Source of the DNA: the human T2T-CHM13v2.0 reference genome, Homo sapiens
Assembly: GCF_009914755.1 (NCBI RefSeq)
Contig: NC_060926.1
Direction: 5' to 3' (one strand)
Length of the DNA stretch: 64,000 bases
The notes under the pieces: model-generated
What the model was told of the DNA's origin: nothing
The model's input: the letters and a program-made list of their open reading frames with translations, nothing else
Database searches by the model: none
In this document: piece after piece, positions 31,493 through 43,113 of the stretch
Position numbering within the stretch: position 1 is the stretch's first letter
How the letters are laid out: each line of letters starts with the position of its first letter
Made by a program: the position numbers and the translations under genes

Positions 31493-32754
31493 GAATTGTA
31501 AGAGCTTATTATATACTCTGAAGACAAGTCTTTTGTCAGGCATGTACTAAGAGTATTTCCTCCTTTGTGTATCCTGTTTAAAAAAATCTATGAATTTTTT
31601 TTTTTATGTGTTCTTCTAGAAGTTTTATAGTTCTGGCTTTTATATTTTTAGTCTATGGTCCATTTTGAGTTAATATATACATATAACATGAGGTAGAAGT
31701 TAAGGTTCTTTTGTTGTTGTTTTTGTTGTTGTTGTTTTTCACGTGGGTATTTGGTTGTTTTGGTATCATTGATTGAAAACACTGTCATTTCTCCATTAAC
31801 TTACTGTTGCACATCCTTTTTGAAAATCATTTACCCAAATACGTGTTAGTCTTTTCTAGAGTCTGTATTCTGTTTCATTGATCCATCTTTTATGCCAATG
31901 GCACTACATTGTCATGATTATTATAGCTTCATAGTGAGTCTGGAAATGGGATAATGTAAGTCCTCTGAATTTGTTTTCGTTTTTTCAAAATTGTTTTGTC
32001 CATTCTAGGTTCTTGCATTTCCATACAAATTTTAGGCTAAACTTATCAATGTCTACTAAGAAGTCTACTACAATTTTGATTGGATGGCACTAAATTTGTA
32101 GCTGAATTTGGGGAGAATTGACATTTTAACAATATTTGGTCATCCAATCTATAAACCTGATATGGTTGTCTCTTTATGTAGGTATTCCTTAATTTCTCTT
32201 AGTAAAGTTTTGTATTTTTCATTTTACAGGTCTTGCCTATATTTTGTTAAATTTATTCCTAAATATTGCATTTTAAAAATAATATTTTAAATAATCTTTT
32301 AAACATTTTAATTTCCTGGTTTTTGTTGCTAGAAATCAGTTATTGAAACAAGGAAATATATTTCAAGCTAAATTATTAGAAAAAGCCCTTTTGATTTAAA
32401 GTATGTGCTATTTATGAGATCTGAAGAAGCAGGCAAACTAAAACTACTTTTCCAGATTCCGTCGCAGCTAAGGTGCTAAATATGAATTAGGTTGTACCAC
32501 TTAGATGCACTTAGATGAGATTTGAAATGTGGACCTAAGATGATGCCTTGGCCAGCTCTTTCTGCTGGAAAGCACAGTGATGGACATGTTGAATGTTTCT
32601 ACAAAAGCATTCCAGTGTTTGGTCATTAGCTTCATGGGTGAAAGTGGAAGGTACGATGGCAGCTTCCTGATCCCTAAATCTCAGGTGTGTATTCTTGAAC
32701 TCAGCAGTTCTAGTGGTGGCCTCCTATTCCCCCATCTGGAAGAGGAAAGAAGGC

Positions 32755-32870
32755 AGCAGTGAGCCAAAGGATGTTCGCAGCTTCTAGAAGCTTGTAATGG
32801 CAAGGAAATAGATTCTCCTCTAGGCCTCTAGAACAGATAGTAATTTGCATACATCTTGATTTTAACCCAA
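32755..32870 (+). mobile_element. MLT1 LTR fragment
   Basis: gagccaaagga..tctagaagc..ggcaaggaaatagattctcctctag. Confidence 0.6.
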
Positions 32871-32879
32871 TGTTGTTGT

Positions 32880-33010
32880 TAAAAGACAGTCTCGCTCTGT
32901 CACCCAGCCTGGAGTGCAGTGGCACAGTCATCACCGTAACCCTGAACTTCTGGGCTCAAGTAATCTTTCTGCCTTAACCTCCCAGGTAGCTAGGACACAG
33001 GCGCATGCTA
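32880..33010 (-). mobile_element. Alu right-monomer fragment
   Basis: agacagtctcgctctgtcacccagcctggagtgcagtggc..gggctcaagtaatc. Confidence 0.8.
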
Positions 33011-33027
33011 AAAATGTTATTTTTCCA

Positions 33028-33160
33028 AGAGGCAGAGGCTGAGGTAGGAGGATCACTTGAGCCCAAGAATTCAAAGCTATTGTGCACAATGATCACACCT
33101 GTGAATAGCCACTGCACTCTAGCCTGGGCAATATGGTGAGACCTCCCCTCTTTAAAAAAA
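33028..33160 (+). mobile_element. FAM / 7SL-like Alu monomer fragment
   Basis: Keeps the 7SL/FAM segment cacctgtgaatagccactgcactc, which dimeric Alus lack. Confidence 0.75.
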
Positions 33161-33681
33161 TTTTTTTTTTCTTCTGTGGTTGCTAATATCTTTTTTAAAG
33201 TGCAAAGAGTCGTCTCACAGTCATTAGACACAATAGATGATGTAATGCCATTGTTTCTTTTTTTAGTATTTAGAGCTTTTTGCCATCTGAAAAATACTCA
33301 TACAAGATTGCTGATCGCCCAAGTTTAGGTGAATACTCAGGAGAGGAAATTACACAATTATTTTAGATAATTATATGTAAAGATTTATTAATTGTGTAAA
33401 TGTAATGTGAGTTTAATAATAGGATATAGCTTAAATCTCTGGCTTCTATTTGAAAAATTTCTAAGGATCACATCCAGGCATATGAAATAAAAAGGTGACA
33501 TGTTAATCTGTGTATAATTTGTATATTTCTGCATAATTATATGGTCAAGTCTCAGACTGTTTTCTAATTAATATTTACTGTTGCTTTCATATTGTTTTTA
33601 TCTTTCTTTAATCTTAGAATCCAACCAATACTTTTCTCTACATTGCTAGAGGGGCAATATATATGTAGAGATAAATAATAA

Positions 33682-33850
33682 AGTTGACTCTTGAACAATG
33701 CAGGGGTTAGGAGTGCTGACTCCTCCCTAATCAAAAATTTGCATATAACTTTTGACTATTAATAAACCTACAGTTGACTTTTTTATTGATGAAAATCCAT
33801 GTATATGTGGACCTGTGCAGTTCAAACATGTGTTGTTCAAGAGTCAACTA
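33682..33850. mobile_element. Tigger2-derived MITE (internally deleted)
   Basis: Terminal inverted repeats agttgactcttgaaca / tgttcaagagtcaact; internal gaaaatccatgtatatgtggacctgtgcagttcaaac. Confidence 0.8.
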
Positions 33851-35299
33851 TATATATATATATTTTTTTCTCTTCTTTTTGTGAAAACTGTCCAGGAGTC
33901 AACTGTGTATAAAACCTGGGAGCAGTGAGGCACCTCCCAGACAATATCTGCATTATTACTAAACCCTAGAAGATAGTGTGGATAATTTGGAGCTAAAATA
34001 ATTTAATTATATTTTTTAAAATATTTGTTGATAGGTTTGTACCCAGGGCTTTCATTCAAGATAGAGTATCATTTATTTCATAGCCTATATTCCACTAGCA
34101 GAAGCTTACTTTTTTTTTTTCCCCCCTTGGGTAATTTTTTTTAATTGTCTAAGGGATTAACTGTCACCTCATTATCTTTGTTAATCACTTCCAGAGCTTT
34201 TCGCTATTGTTCATCACAGTAGTCAAGAGGATCACAAAGAAAGTGCTAAATCCTTATTTACAAAGAAAATTGATTCTCAGCTTTGCTTATATCTGCTATA
34301 TATTTCCTTTGAATATTTGTTAGGGTAGCAATGGTTAAAATTAAATATTTATTGAGAAGTGATTTTTAATGTTGTGGGAAAAGATTTTATGTCAGAAAAA
34401 TATTGAATTTCAAAACCATGGAAAATAGAAAAAAATCATTAAGAGACTTGACTAATGTCTCCTCAGAATGGTTTACAATATTCTGCTATTCATTTACTTT
34501 CTTCGTGAGCAGTGATCTTGAAAGTTTTGAAGAAAGACTTTTGTCTTTTGTTAAATACTTTGGAATTTTTTTGGCAATGTGAAGAAATTTTATTTACATG
34601 TTTGATAAGAACATCCACAGACATCTCTTTTAAAGATAAAAAACTTCAATATGAAAATTGAAGTTATAAACTAAAGATCCTCTCTCAGCTAAGAATTCCT
34701 TTTTAGAAATGTATAAATACAATTATCCTTTAATAAATAAACATATCTTCAAATTTTCTCAGTAATGTGTCACTGAAACACATTAAAAGATGACATCGCT
34801 ACTCACAATAACAGTACAAAATGAAGAAAATAATTGAAACATAGATCAAGGATGTTAAAGATGGGTGAAAAAAATTATCTTGCTTTTTATAACTAAAGTT
34901 TGTTTAATATTCATAACAGGCTTATAGAATTCTTAATTGTTCCAGGTAAAATACCTAATTTTCTTTGTTTTGAAAGCATTCTCTTTTTCTTACTAAATCA
35001 AAAACAGAGAAAACTTAGGGTACACGAATCAATTATGGTTTTTAGAACAACAATGGATAAGAATGTTTTAAAGATTTAGGAATCTTTTAATCTCTGTGAC
35101 GTTTCATCATTTCCATTCTGTGTCGAGTTTTTGGTTGCAAAGTAATAGAAACTGATGTTGAATAACTTGAGTAGAAATAAATTCATTGGATATCAAGCAA
35201 TTCTCAGAGTATATTTTGAAGGCTGGAAAATGGGACTTGGGAAATAAAGAGGAACCAAGGCAGGCTAGGCCCAGGAACCTCTACACAGATCAACCTGCA

Positions 35300-35649
35300 T
35301 GATACAGTTTGGATATATGTCCCTGTCAAATCTCACATTGAAATGTAATCCCCAGTGTTGGAGGTGGGGCCTGGTGGGAGGTGTTTGAGTCATGGAGGTG
35401 GAGTCCTCATTGCTTGGTGCCGTCCTTGTAATAGTGAGTACTTACAGAATCTGGTTGTTTAAAAGTGTGTAGCTCCTCGCTTGCACTGTCTCATGAGTAA
35501 AAGCTCCCTGAGGCCTCACCGGAAGCTGAGCAGATGCTGGTGCAATACTTATACAGCCTGTAGAACTGTGAGCCAATTAAACTTCTTTTCTTTATAAATT
35601 ACCCAGTCTCAGGTATTTCTTTATAGCAATGCAAGAATGGACTAGCACA
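35300..35649 (+). mobile_element. MaLR solo LTR (MST family)
   Basis: TG..CA ends; tgatacagtttggat..ccccagtgttggaggtggggcctggtgggagg..aaattacccagtctcaggtatttctttatagcaatgcaagaatggactagcaca. Confidence 0.88.
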
Positions 35650-36414
35650 TTAATGTTGACTAACTTATGTAGAAATAAATTTGCTGAATATTGGGCAATT
35701 CTCAGAACCTGGGAAGGCTAGAAAATGGGGCTTGGGAAATACAGAGGGACCCAGCCAGGAACCTCTACACAGATCAACGTGCAGGATCAGTCTTGTTGTA
35801 TGGATGCTCCTCTCAGACACACATCAGTGCTAGCACTACTGGATTCTTAATGCTACTTCTGCTGTTGCTGCTGCAAATACTTTATCACCTGTATCTGTAT
35901 TTTGCCTTACTCCCTCAAGATTCAAAGTCCAGAATTGGACTATCCAAATATATTGGTCATTAGTTGGAACATAAATTTCTTTTTTTTTTTTTAATTTTCA
36001 AACATCTCAACAGCCAGATGGAGCATAAATTTTATCTTGTAGATCAGTGTTTTACTCTCACAAAGTTTTGTCTCCCAGTTGACACTCTAATGGAGTTTCC
36101 AGTTCAGCTTCTCTAAGAGGTGAGCTGCTTTTTGATGAAGAGATACATAGAACCAGTGAATTCTCTGGGTTATCAGCTCATGGCTTTATTTTTATCACTG
36201 TAAGGTGAGCTCCTTGTTCAGAATCAACGTGGTATGGTATACCAAATGTCCATTACACCTTTAGTCTCAGATTTTCTTTCTCATCTTCACTCTGTATCTT
36301 CCACCTGCAGCAGCAATAAAGGTATCACAAACAATTATTTTTTAGAATTCCTCAAGAGGAATAATATTTGTTCTACTGATCATCCTGGTTTCAATAGAAT
36401 TATCCTAGGAGTGA

Positions 36415-36771
<357 letters not shown>

Positions 36772-37517
36772 AAAACCCTTAACTCAAATAGCACTTCAAG
36801 CATCAGTTCTCTGTCTCCTCCCTTTCTGTTTTCCTGTGCTGCAGAGTTGCCATCTTATAAATAATTCTGTGAGCCTAGTTATCACAATGAATTGTAATTT
36901 TGTTTTGTACATCATCTTCCTCATGGACTATGAACTGCTGGAGAGCAGGAAGTTTTAATTTGTCTTTGTGTTTTCTGCACTTAACACTACATTTGGGACA
37001 CAGTAATGGCTCAGTTTTTAAAATCAAAGTAAAATATACATACAGTTAAAATAAAATATATTGAAGGCTTTATAATGAAAATCAACAGTCTCCTTTTCTA
37101 ACCTGTCCTGCTTCTTAGAGGCCAACATTTTTAACTTTTCTAAGTAGTCTTCTGGCAGTTATTTCCATATTTCTTTAAAAATATGTTTATCATGGTATTT
37201 CTTGATTCATCAATTTTAGAAAATTTATTGACCACCCGCCAACATTCCTGAGATATGTATGTATGTATGTGGGTGTGTATGTAGCTGTTTTTGTTTTTAT
37301 GAATAATTAGCATGTATATTATTTGAACTATGCAAATTACATTCATTACAGAGCCAAGTAGTGTTTTGTAATTATATTTTCCATCTTACACAGCTTTCTT
37401 TTCTCGTCCTCTTATACTATTTGCTATTATATTTCCTTTCTTATGCCACTTCTATACCTTATATATTATCTAATGTTTCTGTACCGTATGTATTTCTTAA
37501 TTTTTTTCAAGCCCTCC

Positions 37518-37857
37518 TGTAGTGGGAGCGGTCGCAGACAAAACCTCTTGGACACCGGTTTTAGGAAGGAATGGGCTTTAGTCAGCTGGGAGCATCGGTA
37601 GACGCTCATCTCAAGGTCCAAGCTCCCCAAAGTAAAGATTCCTGTCCCTTTTATGGGCTTACAACTCTAAGGGGTCCATGTGAAAGGGCTGTGATACATT
37701 GCGCAAGTGGGGGCTATGTGACTGAGGGCTACATGCATCAGTGATGGGGGCTAGCAGAACAGAACAGAAGGTTTCACAATGTTTCCTCATACAATATCTG
37801 GAATCTATAGATAACACAAGCAGTTAGGTCAGGAGTTGATCTTTAACTACCAGGCCT
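37518..37857 (-). mobile_element. ERV1 LTR of the LTR2 (HERV-E-related) type, 5' part missing
   Basis: Reverse strand ggcctggtagttaaagatc..tatctatagatt..ccccttagagttgtaagccc..aaaagggacaggaat..gttttgtctgcg..ctaca. Confidence 0.75.
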
Positions 37858-37859
37858 GA

Positions 37860-38212
37860 CGGAATACTTCTCAGCCATAAAAAGGAACGAATTAATGGCA
37901 TTCACAGCAACCTGGATGAGATTGGAGACTATTATTCTAAGTGAAGCAACTCAGGAATGGAAAACCAAACATCATATGTTGTCACTCATAAGTGGGAGCT
38001 AAGCTATGAGGATGCAAAGAATGACACAGTGCACTTTGGGGACTTAGGGGGAAAGGGTGAGACGGGAGTAAGGGATAAAAGACTACAAATTGGGTGCAGT
38101 GTATACTGCTCGGGTGATGGGTGTGCCAAAGTCTCACAAACCACCACTAAAGAACTTACTCATGTAACCAAACACCACCTGTTCCCCAATAACTTATAGA
38201 AATAAAAAAATT
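37860..38212 (+). mobile_element. L1PB1-like 3' end
   Basis: ctcaggaatggaaaaccaaacatc, gagctaagctatgaggatgcaaag, ccactaaagaacttactcatgtaaccaaacaccacctgttcccc and an A tail. Confidence 0.85.
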
Positions 38213-39010
38213 AGAAAAAGAACACAGAGTGGAATGGGGACAAAACTGTAAAGTTTTTGGGATATACATGATCTAGAACATGAAACAAAAAAGTACCCGT
38301 TTTGATAAATAGATTTCATATCCTCCTGTAATATTCACAATTAGAACACATTCAATATTGTGACTCAAAGTTAAAGAATAAAATGTTGCATATTTTCAAA
38401 TTGCATGGACTCCTTTAGAGATTCTGAATCAGAATAATAAAATAATTAAAAATAAACATAAAGAATAATGAAAAATAAAGCTATCTAACAAGAGTTAATG
38501 GCTGGGTTTTTAAATGAATAAAACATTATCTTATCATTATCTTACCAAAAGACAACAATATTTCAAATCTACTTATGAAGACATTAATGATATGACTATC
38601 TAGTGTCTACTAACCATTATTATAACAACCATTTTGGTGGAGATTTACTACCTTGTTAGAAGAATATCATGGCTAAAAGAAGAGAAATAGCAATTGCAAG
38701 TTATCGTAGAAGTATAAAGACAAGGTCATTATAGACTGATAGTTAATAGAGCAATAGAAAAATGACATTTGATATGAACTGTTTTGATTACAGAAAAGGC
38801 TGTGACTCATTTTTACATTCATATATTTATAAGAAAATTCCAGGTTTATAAGATTGATCCTTCAATTATTTTTTTCTTTTTTGTAACATACAATGAGTAA
38901 TTGATGTTACATTTTTCAAAGGGCAAAAGATTTGTTAAATCAAAAGCCGTATGTATAAGGTAGAGAGTATTTCAGGGAGACCAGTGTATTATCTCTCTGG
39001 TTCTATGTAG

Positions 39011-39379
<369 letters not shown>

Positions 39380-39519
39380 TGAGAATCATTTTACCAAGTA
39401 ATTTACTTTATACAAATAATTAGAAATTATGCTATCACTAAAACATAGTTTAAATATTTTTGAAAATAACTTAGTGTTGTCATAAAATAGAATTGGAAAA
39501 GGCGGGTAAATCAACATAA

Positions 39520-40955
39520 TTGGTAACTGGCAAAAGTTTCAAGCATTCTGCCTAAGAACTGGAGCAAGACAAGGATGCCCGTTCTTACCACTCCTATTCA
39601 ATTTAGTACTGGAAGTCTTAACCAGAGCAATCAGGCAAGAGAAAGAAAGAAAAGGCATATAGATGGGAAAAAATGAAGTTAAATTGTCTCTCTTCATTGA
39701 CCATGTGGTTCTGTACCTAGAAAACCCTGAAGATTCTGCTCAAAGACTCCTAGACCTGATAAATGACTTCAGTAAGGTCTCAGGATACAAAAGCAATGTA
39801 CAAAAATCTGTAGCATTTCTATGTACCAATAACATTCAAGCTGAGAACCAAAACAAGAATGCAGTCCCATTTACAATACACATACCTAGGAATACTTGTA
39901 ACCAAGGAGGTGAAAAATCTCTATGAGGAGAACTTAAAACACTGCTGAAAGAAATTATAGATGACACAAACAAATGGAAAAACATTCCATGCTCATGTAC
40001 TGGAAGAATCGATATCATTAAAATGCCCATACTGCCCAAAGCAATTTACAGATTCAATGCTATTTCTATGAAATTACCAATGTCACTTTTCACAGTATTA
40101 GAAAAACTATCTAAAATTCATATGGAACCAAAAAAGAGCCCAAGTAGCCAAAGCAAGCCTAAGCAAAAAGAACAAAACCAGAGGCATCACATTACACAAT
40201 TTTAAACTAAACTACAGGGCTACAGTAACCAAAACAGCATGGAACTGGTACAAAAATAGACACATAGACCAATGGAACAGAATAGAGAATCCTGAAATAA
40301 AGCCATATACCTACAACCAACTGATGTTCTACAATGTCAACAATGGGGGAAGGATACCCTATTCAATAAATGGTGCTGGGAAAACTGGTTAACCATATGC
40401 AGAAGAATGAAATGACATCTACCTCTGACCATATACAAAAACTAACTTAAGATGGATTAAAGATTTAAATATAAGATCTCGAACCATAAAAATTCTAGTA
40501 GAAAACCTAGGAAATACTCTTCTGGACATTGGCCTAGGCAAATAATGTACGACCAAGTCCTCAAAAACAAATGCAACAAAAAAATTGACAATTGGTCCTA
40601 ATTAGACAAAAGAACTTCTGCACAGCAAAATAAACTATCAACAGATTAAACAGACAACATACAGAATGGGAGAAAATATTTGAAAGCTACACATTTGACA
40701 AAAGACTAGTATCCAGAATCTATAAGGAATGTAAACAAATCAACAAGAAAAAAAATGCCATTGAAAAGTGGGCAAAGGACACGAACAGATACTTCTCAAA
40801 AGAAGACATCCAAGTGGCCAACAAACATGAAAAAATTCTCAACTTCGTGAATCTAGAGGGATGCACATCGAAAACACAATGAGATACCAAACCTTAGCAC
40901 CATACAATATACTCATGTCACAAACCACCACAAGTATCCCCTGTATCTTAAAATG
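39520..40955 (+). mobile_element. L1 (L1PB4/old L1PA-like) ORF2 RT-to-C-terminal fragment joined to a 3' terminus
   Basis: ORFs [39 protein letters not shown] (degenerate FADD) and [14 protein letters not shown] are L1 ORF2p; disrupted by stops and frameshifts. Confidence 0.92.
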
Positions 40956-41109
40956 TGTATATGTATTTTTTTTTAGCCTTCAAATGTAAATTAACATGGA
41001 GCCCAAGAGGCCAAAAAACAGCTGCTACAAAATATACTAGATTTGTATTATATCGAATTTGTGGCCCAAACCAGACCATATATTTTTCTGCTTGGTAAAA
41101 ATGTGATAG

Positions 41110-41888
41110 TGAAATGGGAGAGTTCCTTTGACCCCCTCATGGGACTTGCGACAGGGTTGGCTCGTTTGCTCAGCTGCCGTGCCCAAACCCCTTGTGGGAA
41201 AGGGAGCATACAGGTGAGGGGGTGCAGTCTCTGGGGTGAATGCCTTTGGGCACTGGCAGGAACAAACCTGCAGCAGCCTCTAGGGGTTGCCCACAACCTC
41301 TGGAGCCCCTAAGGGTGTGTGTTACAAACAATGCTCTTTTAGCATTTGCCTTCTACTGTTGGCTAAGTGTTAACCAGCTCAGTGGAGGGTCAGGGTGACA
41401 GCTTTTTACACCCTGCCCTCTTGGTACCTAGGTTCTTGTCCAGTGTCCAGGAAGAATCAGATCACACGGACTTGAAGGATGGTGAATGCGGAGATTTCAT
41501 TGAGTGGTGGAAGTGGCTCTCAGCAGGATGGAGAGTTGGAAATGGGATGGAGTGAGAAGATAATCTTCCCCTAGAGTTCGGTCGTTCCCAGCCCAACTCC
41601 TCTTTGACCATAGTCTCTGATGTTCAGCTGCCTCTTCTCTTCTCGACGTTCAGACACATCTTCTCTTCTTTCCTTCTCTGTTGTGCTGCCCTGCTCCTCT
41701 GCCAATGGAGGTTGTGATTTTTATGGGCACATGATAGGAAGTGTGGGGGGCAAAAAGGCAGCACTAGGGTAGGAAAGCGGAGATGTGAAGTTCTCATTTA
41801 GGGCCGCAGGTCCAGGCTCGAGGGTGGAACCCTCGCCAGGGACCCCACCCTTTTCTACTCAGTATTTCCCTGCCTCCTGTCCGTATCA
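41110..41888 (-). mobile_element. ERV1 solo LTR (MER50/MER52/LTR28-like)
   Basis: Reverse strand starts TGATACGGACAGGAGGCAGGGAAATACTG and ends ..CCCATTTCA; 4-bp TSD ATAG at 41106-41109 and 41889-41892. Confidence 0.85.
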
Positions 41889-42539
41889 ATAGATGTTGGC
41901 AGTTCTTTTAGTTAACATAGTCCAAGGTTTTTCTTGAATTTTTGTATGTTTGTGTATATGTATATTTTATATGTATGTATGTCTGTATGTATGTATATAT
42001 ATCTTCAATTTTCTCAGACTTCATACCACAGCTTAGAGTTATGCAGTCACGTTAACCATAATAACTCAAATTCCACCAGATACAACTCCAAATGCAAGTT
42101 TATGATGACTCCATGAGTTTGTAAAACTGTTACAGACTTTCAAGGATCTCAAAGCACGGGCAGAAGGCATTTGTTTCTGGGCAATGTGCTCTGCTTGTTG
42201 GAGTGACCCAGCTAAACAGAGCAAGAAGTTATTTTGCCTTTTCCTGCCATTTCTCCATGCATTTGGGGGCTTTAAGAGTGCTTTGAGTCTAAGAAATATA
42301 TTTGAAATATAGGTTGGAATCATCTTTGTTCCAGTCATGTTGAACTTAAGGCTAAAGTCAAAGAGCCCAACTCTTCTTACAGGGCTCCTTGAGCCCCACC
42401 AGTGAAATTGTTTCTTATCTGACCAGCCTAGACATACCAGAATCTCACTTAGACTCAAACTGACATCCCTACCCTACAAGCTGTGAAGCTGACTTTGAAG
42501 CAATGTGGAATGTGTTTGCTTTGGTGACTCAGGAGGTTT

Positions 42540-42560
42540 TATATATATGTGTGTGTGTGT

Positions 42561-42595
<35 letters not shown>
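42540..42595. repeat. (TA)(TG)n microsatellite
   Basis: Long, nearly pure TG run. Confidence 0.92.
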
Positions 42596-42596
<1 letters not shown>

Positions 42597-42869
42597 CTTA
42601 TGGATGGTGAATTATACTGTTAATTCAAACTAATATTTCTGGATAATACATATTATATTCCTACTACTGTTTCGGTTTGTTCAATCTGAAATAGCCCTAG
42701 CTGGACCTGTATCTCTTTGCTTCTTTCCTGGTCTCTATGTTATCATACTTACTTCAACATCATTTAACATAATGGAGCTACTAATGACTCTTCCAAGGTT
42801 TTTGTTGTTGTTGTTTGAGATTGTTACTTTAATGGGACCAAAAGAAGAACGTATAAGACAAAAGAATAA

Positions 42870-43113
<244 letters not shown>

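Noticed and set aside
39663-40205. Functional reverse transcriptase
   Set aside because: Fragmented L1 ORF2 with stops, frameshifts and a mutated catalytic motif.
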